Positions 50,212 to 63,672 of a DNA stretch of 64,000 bases are shown here, piece by piece (the stretch's first letter is position 1; each line of letters begins with the position of its first letter). The stretch spans positions 248,001 through 312,000 of the forward strand of contig NW_025964002.1 in NCBI RefSeq assembly GCF_023055435.1, read 5' to 3'. A program made the position numbers and the translations under genes. The DNA comes from Haliotis rufescens (Eukaryota). The notes beneath the pieces were generated by a model that saw nothing but the letters and a program-made list of their open reading frames with translations, did not search any database and was not told the origin of the DNA.

Positions 50212-50920
50212 AAGACCCCCCCCAAACCGTAAAGACCACTTTTCCTTTTGTGCAACTATACCACCATTTCTAAATACAACTTTATTTTTAAAAAATGACT
50301 TAATGTCTAGGTTAAGATCTAGCCCCAAGTGTCATAGAACTGCTGTAGAGCGCGCAGTTTCTTTTGTAGACCATTCACTGTATAAGAAAACACAACTATA
50401 TCATCAATAATAGTAAAATAAAGTAAAAATAGATCCTTAATTCCTTGAATTACAAATATCCCATTACTACATTTGTCGATGACATTCTTTAGCATGTAAC
50501 ATATATAAAAGCGTTTTCCTCTCTAAATGGTCGAATTTCACCTTATCGTCTATAAAGGCCCCGTGAAAACGGCCTACTCACCTACAGAGATATTCAGATC
50601 ACAGAGCTTTTTAAAACGATTTTCTAAAATGCTTGTAAATAGTTCACCCGAGATATCTATAAAAGAAATGTTTCTGTAGTTAGATTGTTCACACAATTTA
50701 CCCGATTTAAACAAAGGAACGACCTTACCTATGTTCCATACTGTAGGGGACATATAATGCCGTGTTAAAATAGATCTCTCAAATAATGAGCTAGGAAAGC
50801 ACCAAAAAAATCAGGAGGAATACCGCCTTCACCCGCCGCCTCGTTCCATTTTAACTCTTTAATACACTTTAACACTTCTTCATCAGTAATATCACAAGAC
50901 AACATCTCCGAGCAGAAGGT

Positions 50921-51166
50921 TTTGGTTGGTTGGTTGGTTTGTTGTTTAACGCCGCACTCAGCAATATTCCAGCTATATGTGGGCGGTCTGGTAAATAATC
51001 GAGTCTGGACCAGATAATCCAGTGATTAATGCCATGAGCATCAATCCACGCAATTGGGGTCGATGACATGCATCAACCAAGTCAGCGAGCCTGACCACCC
51101 GATCCCGTTAGTCGCCTCTTACCACAAGCATAGTCGCCTTTTACGGCAAGCATGGGTTGCTGAAGA
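50921..51166 (-). mobile_element. SINE family B, 5'-truncated
   Basis: (GGTT)n tail then reverse-complement body. Confidence 0.9.
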
Positions 51167-52881
51167 AATATCTTATCCACTGTTACAAATGTTTGAATTA
51201 CTATAATTATATACTGTTGTATCGAAGCTAGACAGTAACATTTTGTCTTTACAATTTAATTCCTTAAAGTAACCAAACCATTGTTGAGGCCTTATATAGC
51301 ATCGCCCCTCCCCTAGATTTTGACATATAGGCTTGAGAGCGCTCCAGAATGATTTGCAGTCTGATTTCATTGTCGCTTCCATAATATCCTCTGCCTCATC
51401 AAATTCATAATTTTCACTTTTTAACTGGCAAACGAGGTTTTATTCCCAGGGGAAGGGTTTTAAATATCATAAAACCCCGAGGATAAGTGATTTATCTAAC
51501 TTATAAACAGAGAATAAGAAGCTTAAAACAACATTTATCAACAGTTTTATGTACCAAATATACTTCCCATTTACCTTAGGATACAGGCGTAAAATATCTG
51601 TTGCTGGCGTACGGTTCTTGAAAAGGCATTGTAAAACGCATTGTGATTTATCACCGCCTCTGTGGCCTGGTGGTACACTCACTGTGCTACAGACACAAAG
51701 GCTGCTTGTCCGATCCTCGGGACATGTTATGGGACTCAGAACCCAACAACATAGGTTTTGCTTTTACCGTGTCAATGGAATGGAGGCCTCTGATTGCTCC
51801 TTTAAATACTCTCCCCTATTTCATATAATCTTTAGATGGAAAACAGAAGATTTTGTCTTCCAATACGATTGCAGAGGTACGTTTGGGTACTCATGTCAAC
51901 ATTATCATACGACTGCGGGAGGTATTTAATTCCCCATAGGACAGTTCTAGTTAGCTTATGGCTAGGTAGAAAAGGCATATGTGACGTATTGCCATCAGTC
52001 TTTGTATGGCGTGCGTCATCCGTCATGCGACATCTATTTACAATCTAATACGATTTATTCAAAATTATTTTGAAAGATAGCACTTATAGCTCACCTGGTA
52101 CGAAGTCCCGCGGTGGGCTCATGGCGCTGCATCCGTCGAAAGTCATCAACATTAACTAAAACAAATATCTCCTCTTATCCTACCCGGTAAGTTCAACCAA
52201 ACTTCGCAGGAAGTTTCCACAAGGAGTGAGGAATCCAACAGCTGCAAATGGAGTGCCTGGGCGGGCCAAATGGATTTCAATGACTACAAAATATTTAAAT
52301 AACATTTCCACTAATATATGTATTCTATTGTAATAAAAGCTGTCGTAGAGCTGGATTATTGCTGAGTGCGGCGTTAAACAACAAACAAAAATATTGTAAT
52401 AAAAAATAACTTTTCATGGTTATTTTTTACTCGACACGGTACTTGTGAGACCGACGGGTTTTTTAAAACAAAAACATCATTGTATTCGAATTCCTGTCGT
52501 TTTTAATATCATATAGTTCTGGTGTATGCTTTACTGTCATAAGCGTGATACTGCTTCAAAGTTTCCATTATTTTATGCCCAAAACTCTGTTAATGGACTA
52601 TTCTTACAAACAGCCACCATCTACGACTTGGTCTGGCCTGCTCCAAACTGACGCCAGTTATAGGGTCACGGGCATTGTGGTAGAGTTTCCATAACACATA
52701 TACATATTAAACGAAATAACTACATCTCAATCAACCAGAGTACTACTTTCCGTCGCTGTGGTATTAGGATAGTAATGGAAATGAGGTTGCCTTGTGAAGT
52801 ATCGTGAGATAACCAGTAAGTTTGATAGAAATCGGTTAAAAAGCTCAGGGGTCATAACTCTTTCATGAATGTCCGATAAGT

Positions 52882-53152
52882 TGGTTGGTTGGTTGATTTG
52901 TTGTTTAACGCCGCACTCAGCAATATTCCAGCTATATGACGGCGGTCTGTAAATAATCGAGTCTGGACCAGACAATCCAGTGATTAATATCATGAGCATC
53001 GATCCGCGCAATTGAGATCGATGACATGCATCAACCAAGTCAGCGAGCCTGACCACCCGATCCCGTAAGTCGCCTTGTACGACAAGCATAGTCACCTTTT
53101 ACGGCAAGCATGGGTTGCTGAAGACCTATTCTACCCCGGAATCTTCACGGGT
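52882..53152 (-). mobile_element. SINE family B, full length
   Basis: 13-bp TSD ATGTCCGATAAGT at 52869-52881 and 53153-53165. Confidence 0.95.
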
Positions 53153-53492
53153 ATGTCCGATAAGTATTGTTTCATAGTGAATACCCTAAATGTAAAAAAA
53201 TATAGTATCTGTCACTTCAACCCTTAATGTACATTTTTATGCATTAAGAGTAGCGTCATGGGTTTGAGTCCAGTGTTTTGAGGGGGTTGTCGATCTGATT
53301 TTCGGAATCCCCGACAACATCCTTTTAGAAAAATATTGCAATGTACATGCTCAAGCAATTTGTTTACGCCCTAATACTTCACCCGAACATATGACAGGCA
53401 TTGAAAGCATATAAGCACGGTAACTTGGTAAGATAACTGGTAGGCACCCCTAAAGAAAACTGGGCAAGCTTTGCAAAACTTTCGTCCTACAC

Positions 53493-53836
53493 CGCACGTC
53501 ACCATTATGACGTCATATCGCTCGCTGTTCTCCCAAAAACTTTAAATACATTGACAATGAAACACGATAAAAAATCTACAAAGGTTGGTTGGTTGGTTTG
53601 ATGTTTAACGCCGCACTTAGCAATATTCCAGCTATAGGGATCTTCACGGGCTAAATCTACAAAGGGAACGTCATATCGTTCATTGTGACGCAAAATATAT
53701 GGAAAAGCTCTCTGTTGTCCACAAAATCTTACAATACATTCCCTTTAAATCTACAAAGGGAGTGTATTTAAAGAGGGCTTTTTTCATATATTTTGCGTCA
53801 CAATGAACGATATGACGTCATAATAGTGACGTGCGT
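53493..53836. mobile_element. Foldback/MITE-like element with nested inverted repeats
   Basis: CGTCATATCGTTCATTGTGACGCAAAATATATG (from 53669) is inverted at ~53785-53817; GCACGTCACCATTATGACG (53494) is inverted at ~53815-53834. Confidence 0.7.
53585..53652 (-). mobile_element. 68-bp mini-SINE (family B head fused to tail)
   Basis: CCCGTGAAGATCCC joined to TATAGCTGGAATATTGCT..(AACC)n; 13-bp flanking direct repeat AAATCTACAAAGG. Confidence 0.85.
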
Positions 53837-54696
53837 AAATGGCAACATTTGAAACCTCGCGGTGCGCGTTCGGTTCCAAGTTTAATTTAGCGAGGTTAAA
53901 TCTACAGGTAACCTAGAGTTACACTGAAATCACAGTATGTTTGTCTCCTAATTCTCTCTGTTGATTTCTATCGTGTTTTCTGTATGAAATGTATTGCCAC
54001 ACATCCTTTGAATATTGTAGTAACCGCAACATTGCAATTGCATTCTGAAACCTATAATTGTAGATATATTCATTTAAATATGCTTACCGACAATGACTAA
54101 AAGTACTATTCTATGAATATTAGCTTTCATGGTAATCTGGTCGTCAAATCGTCCGTTTCAATCAGAAGGGGTTCATTGTGAGTACCTCTGCTTGACCAAA
54201 CAGAATCGAGTAATTTCCAAATTCATGGTAGAATGATTAATACCCATAGTGTAATTCATTGCGTGGAAAAATATGTGAAACTTAAAACTTTATTCACCTC
54301 AAAGAAATTACCAAATATGTAAAACAATGTTTGGCTTACGTTATGGACATGACCCGGCCTATCGGTGACCGACGTTTACAAAATGGCGTGTTCACTAACA
54401 ACAGTACGCGGGTTCTCAGAGGAAGATTTTCGTTGATTCAGGGTTCGTATATATACATATAAGTGTCAGGTAAAAAATCAGAAACCACGACCATTTGTCA
54501 TTTGATTCTAACATGCCAGAGGAATTCAGGTATTTTTGTATCGCATCGGGGCATGAAGATGTATTTTGTAAACACTATCCAATCGGGTGGAAATGAATAC
54601 ACAATGCCATTTAGAAAGTGGTCAAATGTAAGAAATGTTATATTTGGGATAACACTTCCTTAGGAAAGTACAAATTCTAGTACTGTTTTTGGTTAA

Positions 54697-54776
54697 GTCA
54701 CTACAGGGATTCGAGCCCACACTCGTAGAGTGAGGCACACGAAGTCAGCGATCTAACCCACTTAGACACCGAGGCT
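54697..54776 (-). mobile_element. tRNA-like SINE head/tRNA pseudogene
   Basis: GGTGTCTAAGTGG A-box and GGGCTCGAATCCC B-box with long variable region; no valid cloverleaf. Confidence 0.55.
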
Positions 54777-56079
54777 TTCACAAAAAATAAAATATGTAAT
54801 ATGAAGAATGAAGTAATATGTCAATAATGGCGAGATTTCCGATGTACCTAATTTTCAGAGTTCGTTTTTAGTAATTTTGTTTTGTCTAAAAAGGTAAAAT
54901 ATACAATTTACGTTCGATATAACACGTAGTACAGCCAGATAGCCGTGTTCCAGAAAACGGGACAAAAGTTGAAATGTTGTGTACAAGGGAAGACCAGCAG
55001 ATTACACGATCAGTTTATCAAAACAAAAATATAAATAAAGTCAACCTTTCCTTCTTTCACAAACTGCAAATATCTTACTTAAACAGACACTGTATCCTAA
55101 CTTGTGCAAACAATTTGAAATATTGAATTCGTTTAAAGTTTAATTTTTAGAAAGCATTAGGAAGCCTTTGGGGCCCATCTTCAGACAACGTAAACATCCA
55201 AAGACAGGAGACGAACACACCATAATGATACATAAGAACATGATCACAGTTTCTTTTATCTTTGATTATACATCGTTTGGGTTCAGTGGTTGTCGTTGAC
55301 ATGAAACAAAGAATTAATTCTTTTTAAGCATATGCATGGGAATATATCGATCATAATTACAAGCTGCTTTGTTCCAAGTTCCGGATCAGCAGCTGTAATA
55401 CAGTCATGAAACCTTATGGATAACATCTTCATGATTGTTTGTTTCAGGGCTACTACTTGTCCCTTCGTCCAATGTGACAACATAGTAAGCGTGTGTGAGT
55501 GAAAGGAGCTATGTACATGTAATTTACCTGTCCGAATAGCAAGCCTACACGCTGTTTGAAATCCATGTGTATGAGCTGTATTAATATAATCCTATCATGT
55601 AGGATCATGTACCACAACAAATCGTGAAAAACAAGTCAGAGCAGTTGCCTTTCAACCTACCAAAAAGGATGAATCCAATCGCGAAAAGAATCTCAAGACA
55701 AAAAAGACTCATGCCTGGACAGTGTATTTGAATGATCATCATACATTTCGTGGTCGTGTCAATTTGCTTTAGATAAAGCAGAGGCTGGGGGAGTGTTCAC
55801 CTCCCAGGCACACAGGATGATATAAACATATGCATGCAGTATAGTTAAGTTCTGGGGGTTTGCTCATAGAATTGTTTTCCATGCAACCTGACATTAATTG
55901 GCTTGTTTTGTTTATACACATGACTCTGAAATTATGCGCCTGTGAAACAAATAGTCTAATTTGCACAATTATTAAATGTTCGCGAAGCGACACTTGTATA
56001 TAATTTCACAATGGGTCATGATTTTCTGGAAAAGGTTGAGTCCTATAAAAATATTGGTGTTATTTTATATTTATCAGTT

Positions 56080-56900
56080 GAATGTCAATTGCGGCGTTTT
56101 GACAGTATTGTTACCAGTTCTTCTCTACGGCTGCGAGCTATGGGGACAACATCTCCACTGTAGGAGGTGTTCATTTGCGCTTTCTTGAACAGCTTTTTCC
56201 ATTAAAGAAAAGTACGCTAAAATTCATGGTATAGGGGGAACTTGAGGACCCCATCTATCAAACGCAGTTAAAATGAGAATGATATTTTGGGGAGCAAAGT
56301 TACTCTCTAGGACATCATCTACATTATCTTTCCTTGCATATAAGTTACTGTTTTATGACGAACTTTTTGAAAAGTATAAACATAAATGGATCACGAATAT
56401 CAAAGGAACTTTTGACGAACTTGGACTTGGTTACCTCTGATGTTCACAAACATTCTACATATCAAAAACGTTTAGCCCATGAAATATAAATGACATTAAC
56501 CTACAGTTGTAGAAGTGCAGGAGATGCACAATGTACAATCAAATAATTGTCTAAGTTTCCAATATTACTTGAACGTACTACAGGAAAACGTTTGACGAGT
56601 CTTACTTTAGTTTATAACTATAACCGAACTTTAGAAACTGAGAGATGGAGACAAATAGCTTAACACCGAAAGAAAGTGTCTACTTTGCAAACTATCTAAC
56701 GTAGGTGATGAATTCCATTCTTTCTTTTCTTCTGCATATTAAAAAAACCCGAAAGAAAACAATGTTTTACACAGACTTCACTACATTAGACCAAATATGT
56801 ATACAATGAACTTGCTTTTCAGTAATCCACGACTAGGAACATTGAGAAAAGTTCCCAAATTTTGTAAAATCATCATGCCATTGTTTAAACCTATCAAGTT
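56080..56900 (+). mobile_element. 3' relic of a non-LTR retrotransposon (post-RT)
   Basis: LPVLLYGCELWG, MV*GEL, LETERW, CLLCK..VGDEFH. Confidence 0.75.
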
Positions 56901-57300
56901 TCTCTCTCCCTATTTAAGTGTTCATATATAGTTACCTCAGTGAATCTGTATATATATGCATGATACTATATCGTGTATCTATCAGACATTCAGTAGGAAC
57001 AACTGTCAAAATTAGAGTAGTAGATGTTATCTTATCAATTATGATATGAATATATGTGGAGCGATCTGATGTGGGATTAGATTTCTTACATTGTCATTTA
57101 CATTTTAAATTCCCGTCCTTTTTTTAACAAAGAGGGAGTAACTGTTGTTTCACACAGGCAGTCTCAGGTCCACCAATGGCTGTGGGCCTTTGTTATCATC
57201 CAAGCCATCGAAGCAGGGTGATGACGCAGCCATAAAATGTCACACATCACTCGACAAGAGGATCAATGGTCAGCAAAGGGTTTCCATAAAGTACACATAC

Positions 57301-57459
57301 TCTCCCGGCTCTCCCCTAAACATCCAAGTGCCTCCCAGCCCTTCCCCTAAACATCCAAGTATCTCCCAGCCCTCCCCTAAACATCCAAGTATCTCCCAGC
57401 CCTCCCCTAAACATCCAAGTATCTCCCAGCCCTCCCCTAAACATCCAAGTGTCTCGCCA
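57301..57459. repeat. 30-bp minisatellite, ~5 copies
   Basis: Unit CTCCCCTAAACATCCAAGTATCTCCCAGCC. Confidence 0.95.
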
Positions 57460-57619
57460 GAAACATCCATGAAAACTCATATCAGCGCACTGACTCGTTT
57501 ATTAATTTATGAACACTGTAACATGCGTGTGGCATTGCAAAGTTTTATGACTGACAAGACCAACATCTGTGTTCATGAGGAGATCCGATCATCTGCTGGA
57601 AGCGTCTTTCAGGAACGGG

Positions 57620-58310
57620 TGTTGTGAAGTCTGTATCAATGAAATATAGGAAAAATTATGTTTCTGTAATCAATTACATGTTGATGAGAAAGTATAACAA
57701 AAAACCTCCTCCAGAATTTGTACATCAACAGTTGCTCAAGTGATCTGTGAAAACCTGTTAAAGGCGCCAGAATCTTTTTATGGTAAATAAATATGAAATG
57801 AATATAATCTTAAACTTTGTGATAATGGCAATCAATTTTTGACTGTGAGTTTAATTGGAAAAAATATATATACTGTTTATAGATGTAAACTGAAGGATGT
57901 AAAACTTTTAGATATTCAATACAGATGCATGGAATTATCCACACAAAGAAGGAACTATTAACAATGAATCTTGTAGACGTAATTGTATGTGGCTTTTGTA
58001 ATGCTTTCAATGAGGACATCGGCCATGTCTTTTGGAAATGTAATGAAACTTTAAACAATTGATCTCGAACTTTGGCTTAATAATTACCTTTCACAAAAAA
58101 TAAATTGACAAAATATGTTATTTGGCGTGGTTCCAACTACTATAATACTTTAATCAATCATACACTTTTATTGGGGGAAAAGGCTTGTCTCTGGCTTCAA
58201 AGGAATCAAACGGAAAATAGATATACTTAAACACGTATTTTCAATCGAAAAATGTATTGCTATTAAAAATGGTCACTTATATTCTCAGCATTTGATTCTT
58301 AACTCTCTGT
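57620..58310 (+). mobile_element. L1/Tx1 ORF2 C-terminal relic
   Basis: CGFCNAFNEDIGHVFWKC zinc-knuckle at ~57988-58040. Confidence 0.65.
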
Positions 58311-58944
58311 TGATACATACTATGGCTGAGTCTGATTGTGTGTTATGATTTGACGGAATACTGTATTACTCCACAACTCAGGGAACAAAAATAGATTTTG
58401 AAATAAAAAGAAAAATAGAAAACTCGGCCAACATGGCGGACGGAAGTAACGAACAGGGTTGAATTACCCTCCATACACTCTATAGGGAGATACAAAAGAA
58501 GCGCGATGCTCAAACAGATCTGAAAAGAGACATGCATGCTACAACGGAAACCGTTTCAAATAGTCGTTTATCCAGCCTTGAAGGTGAGATGCTAGAGTAA
58601 TATGAGTTCAAAACCTACATTGAGAACTGCCATAGACGCGGACGGCCATCGACGTCACCTCTAACTAAACCTCGACCTATCATCGCCAGGTTTTATTTAG
58701 GTCACAGAGGCTCCATATGCTAATTGAAGCATGAACAATTCTGAAGGAAGATCTTTTTGTGTCAGAGAAGATCTTCCAAATAGGACCTCGAGGACAACAA
58801 CACTCCTATGGCCAGTAATTGCACAGGCTTGGCAGGACAAGAAGAACGTTCGGTTTATCAAGGGTTGTTCACAAACTGGATTCAGTACCGCCCTTAATGT
58901 GACAATCCTCATGACTGCATGGAATAAGGGGCTATACTTGATGG

Positions 58945-59214
58945 GACCCGTGAAGATCCGGCATAGAATAGGTCTTCAGCAACCCATGTTTGCCATAAAA
59001 GGTGACTATGCTTCTCGTAAAAGGCGACTAACGGGATCGGGTGGTCAGGCGCGCTGACTTGGTTGATGCATGTCATCGATCCCAATTGCGTGGATCGATG
59101 CTCATGATGTCAATCACTGGATTGTCTGGTCCAGACTCGATTATTTACAGACCGCCGTCATATAGCTGGAATATTGCTGAGTGCGGCGTTAAACAACAAA
59201 CCATCCAGCCAACT
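58945..59214 (+). mobile_element. SINE family B, full length
   Basis: Head through tail match. Confidence 0.92.
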
Positions 59215-59474
59215 ATATTTGATGATACAAGAAACAGACATAAAATCGCTGTACTGGCCAAAGCTTTTACTTTGTTGTTTTTCGCTGTTTCCTCATGTTG
59301 ACATGTAGATGTTTCGCTCACATAAGAGGCAAAGTTGTTTTTGTTAAAATTAGGTGTTTTCATTGGTGCCCAGAATGTACAAAGTAAACTTATATACATG
59401 TATTATTTGAGACCAGAAATTATATGCTTATTTATTTCTGAGCTGAAAAAAGTTTCAGCTCAGAACAAAGATCA

Positions 59475-59690
59475 GCGCGGCAATATTCCAGCTATATCAC
59501 GGCAGTCTACAATAATCGAGTCTGGACCAGACAATCCAGTGTTTGACATCATGAGCATCGATCCACGCAGTTGGGATAGGATGACATGCATCAACCAAGT
59601 CAGCGAGCCTGACCACCCGATCCCGTTAGTCGCCTCTTACGACAAGCATAGTCGCCATTTACGGCAAGCATGGGTTGCAGAAGACCTATT
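59475..59690 (-). mobile_element. SINE family B, truncated
   Basis: Reverse-complement body. Confidence 0.88.
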
Positions 59691-59747
59691 TTTATGTCTA
59701 TGTATTTATGTTTTTTCAAAATGATCAATCATTTGTGTGCGTTGCAT

Positions 59748-59983
59748 GTTTGTTGTTTAAAGCCGCACTCAGCAATATTCCAGCTATATGACGGCGGTCT
59801 CTGAATAATCGAGTGTGGACCAAACAAGCCAGTGATTGACATCAAGAGCATCGATCTACGCAATTGTGATACGATGACATGCATCAACCAAGTCAGCGAG
59901 CCTGACCACCTAATTCCGTTAGTCGCCTTTTACAGCAATCATGGGTTGCTAAAGACCTATTCTAACCTGAATGTTCACGGGAC
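59748..59983 (-). mobile_element. SINE family B, single-hairpin variant
   Basis: Full length but with only one copy of the ATGCTTG..GGCGACT unit. Confidence 0.88.
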
Positions 59984-61409
59984 CAGAAATTGGGTGCTGG
60001 ATTATTGACTATAATATTTTATGGCTGACATGAGCATTGAGTATTAGCTTTATGCCCCTAATCAGTTAAATACACTCAGCTGAAACGTTCACGTTAGGGT
60101 CTTAGCAGAAGAAATGAACTTGCTTAGCCTGTTTCCATTTGTCTTATGCTCTATGTTTGTACATATTTGTGATTAATTATAGTCCCAAAAATAACAATTA
60201 TTACATTTTACTACTTTCTAAATGGGACTGTGTGTTCATGTTGCACCTAATTGTTGGAAATGAATAATCAATATTTAGCAGATGGGAAACCAATTTGACA
60301 TATTTTAAATATTTTTTGTCAAAATTTATTAATAAAGTGTGCCAATTCACATAGAGATTGAGAATAGATTAAATATAATATAATACAGATCACAAAGAAT
60401 ATTCTAAAAAGAGAATTTTGGAGAGTAATAACTATGAACGAGCAATGATTGACAATTTTAGACAGTCAGATGATAACCTGGAACAGCAATACGGTTTGAG
60501 GAAGGGGAAAAGAGAACAAATAAGATTTACAGTTTAGAAAAAGTACATTCGAGGAGATAACAAATTAAAGATTGTAACAGCAAATAATGAAGTAATTACC
60601 GATGACAAAAGAATGTTACAACAATTAGAAATGGTTATGAAGATTTATATTCACGGAAGATAGGCCCCTAGAATCTGATTTTGATTAAAAAAATAGGGGG
60701 TTGAAGAAAAAAATTCAGAAAGAATCATTTGAAGAGGACGTAGCCGCACAAGAACTGAAACCAAGCTTGATGCAAATGACAAGTAACAAAATCTCCTGGA
60801 TGTGATGCCATACCAACAGAGTTCTGTCAGCAATTCTGGGATTAAGTGCCTTGCATGAGGAGTTTACAGTACACACTTCAAACAGGAACTATGACACTAT
60901 CTCAGTAGCGTGGAATAATGACATTGTTGGATATACAAGGCAATGATCCTTTGCTATTTGAGAACGCCAATAACTGTACGTAATGTGAACTATAAGATAA
61001 AAGCAAAGGCTATAGCTAATGTATTGAAAAATGTGCTGCCCGATATTATTCACCCTGCCCAGACAGGATTTGTAAAAGGTACATGTAGATATTGGTGAGA
61101 ATATTAAATTTTTATTGGTCCTGTTAGAGTCGTATGATGATTCAGATATTAGTTTCTCTACATTTCAAAAAGCTTTTGACTCCATTGAATGGGATTCAAT
61201 GCTGTAATGTTTTGAAAAGATATATTTTGGGGTCAAAATGTATAGATGGGGATAAGGAAGTGAAAGGAGTTTATTTTGCAGGTGATACAAATTTGAGCTC
61301 AGTAATTAAAGCAGTTTAATTGTATAATAACTCGCAACGATCTAAAGGCTTAAAGATCAATGTGAAAAAGAGTAGTATTATGCCCATTCAGTATCGCCCC
61401 TTATCAACA

Positions 61410-61754
61410 GGAGTAAATGGAACTGAGGTAGTATATAATGGAGTACATGGAATTGAGGTAGTATATAATGGTGTACATGGAATTGAGGTAGTATATAATG
61501 GTGTACATGGAACTGAGGTGGTATATAATGGTGTGAATGGAATTGAGGTAGTATATAATGGAGTACATGGAATTGAGGTAGTATATAATGGTGTGAATGG
61601 AATTGAGGTAGTATATAATGAAGTACATGGAACTGAGGTAGTATATAATGGAGTACATGGAATTGAGGTAGTATATAATGGTGTGAATGGAATTGAGGTA
61701 GTATATAATGGAGTACATGGAACTGAGGTAGTATATAATGGTGTACATGGAATT
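61410..61754. repeat. 30-bp minisatellite, ~11.5 copies, inside the Tx1 RT
   Basis: Unit GG(A/T)GTACATGGAA(T/C)TGAGGTAGTATATAAT; reads GIEVVYNGVH. Confidence 0.97.
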
Positions 61755-63672
61755 CAGCTTTTTAGAGATAATAGTAGACTGGCAACTGAAAATATTAGAC
61801 CGCAAATTCTAAAAATAAAGAAGATTCCAAATGTGGTGATCAAGAAATTTATCACTTTTTGGATGAATTTTGCTATCCAAAGGGGTAGGTTGCTCAAGAA
61901 TAGTTTACCAAAGTAGCATGATGCAAGTACCATCAAAATTATGTAAAAAAATCCATTTTGAATTGTTTAAATTTATTTGGAATTAGAAAAAGGAAAATGT
62001 GAAACGAACAACTATAATAAATTCAAAGGAATGTGGTGGAGCGTCGGGCTTTAGAGGTTACATGAAGTGAAGCACTTTATTTAGCATGGATACCAAGATT
62101 CTATTCTTCAAGCGGCTGTTGAAAAGTTTATACCAGATTTGTGTTTTAATCAAGTAGGAGCAATTCCATTTCTTTCAAGATGTAATAATGATGTTAATAT
62201 GCTAAATATTTCTTTACCATCTTTTTATAAATACATGTTGAATTGCTGGGTTGAAATTGCAGAGATAGAAAACGATATTTTCAACCAAATAATATGGAAC
62301 AATTAATTTGTCACAATAAACAAAAATCTATTTGTAATGTGTGTTGGGTAGAATCAGTAATTGATATTGTAAGAGATTTGATGGATGATAGTGGAAGGAT
62401 AATGACCCAACAGGAACTGCAACACACATATAATCTGAATATTACCAATAGATATGATAATAATATTACAAACTGTTTAAGGAGCAATAGGGTGCAATAT
62501 ATATTACCCTTATAGACAACGAATTCAGTTTTCGTTTGAAGCACCCCCAGAGCTGCAGGAAAAGATCATAAACCAACATATATAAAGTAAAAACAGTTTT
62601 ATTAATTTTTGATTAAAAGGAAAATGACTGTGCCTTATAAGTTTGTAGACTCATCACAGAAGGGCAAGATATATGGTTTTATTAAAGACCTTCCACTACC
62701 CAATACGCTGAAGAAATTGCAGTTTAAAATTATACATAACATTGAGCCATGTAAAAAAGTGCCTTTAAAGCTCAACATAAGTAAAACACCAGATTGTGAT
62801 GTTTGTGAAACAGAAGATGACATAAACCATTACCTTTTTGGCTGCAGTAATGTTGCTGAAATAGTGAAAAAATATGAAACATTTCTTAATAAGTAAACAA
62901 AACAACCTCTTTCAATCAATTCATTACTGTATGGTTCATTAGATAATACACATCCTGTATTCATATTCTGAACCTTTATGTAGAATATTTTATATTTTAG
63001 TCTCATTATCAATATCACTTCCTTGCCATGTTATTAACTGATCTGCACATTTGAACATTGTTTACTGTATAATTTGGAAGACCAGTAGTCCTTGACAACA
63101 TGGACTTGTATGTTTATGTCCACCGTGGTTGAGTATCACGTGAATAGACAAATACCCAGTTTTCAAGATATTTTTGCACTGGAAATCATACGTTACTCCT
63201 GAACGTGAAGGGAGGTGAAAACGGTTCCATGAACGTAATACTTTAACAAAGTGACACACAAGAGAGTTTTCAAAATGGTTCCAAACTTACAAACGACCAC
63301 GCCTTCCAAATTATTGCGTCTAAGACCTGCATCTCTTCGGGCTTTCCTCCCACATTAAGCTACCACGCCGCGATATAACTGGAATAATGTTAAAAGCGGC
63401 GTTAAACCCAACTCACTCACTCTAAATTATTGTCATCGGTGTGTCAGGTACAAGCTATGACATCCTCAATGAATGAAAGCAATCTGAATAATTTCATTTA
63501 ATCATAGTGAGAAGTAAAGACTTACATGTGCCCCAAAACGAAAGGTGTCTGTGATACGTGTATGACTACCTAACTGAATCGGACGTATCCGAATATAGTT
63601 AGTGCCTGTCAATATAAAAGACAAATAACAGACCTTAATCTTCCGTTGTCTGCAAAAAGCGTCTGTGCGACA

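Larger units (their letters stand above)
48950..51440 (-). mobile_element. Decayed non-LTR retrotransposon ORF2 interrupted by SINEs and a minisatellite
   Basis: KSFWSALK, VVPLFKSG..NYRNISF, AFID, KYVGLMFS, FKQRLGD fragments. Confidence 0.72.
58425..63010 (+). mobile_element. Decayed L1/Tx1-clade LINE (ORF1 relic + deleted ORF2)
   Basis: ORF1 IENCHR..PRPIIARF..VREDLP; ORF2 KSPGCDAIPTEF, NYKI.AKAIAN..IIHPAQTGFVKG, KAFDSIEW, YFAGDT, LKINVKKS, CDVCETEDDINHYLFGC; joining ORF1 and ORF2 into one element is inferred. Confidence 0.8.

Noticed and set aside
52727-53095. Recurrent ORF VRLADLV..MILITGLSGPDSIIYRPPSYSWNIAECGVKQQ (also 30881, 59041) as a gene family
   Set aside because: It is the translation of non-coding SINE family B.
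54330-54450. AAAATGGCG (YY1-like) CpG-containing patch as a host promoter
   Set aside because: No downstream exon or ORF support; similar motifs at ~33591 and ~58430 coincide with TE starts.
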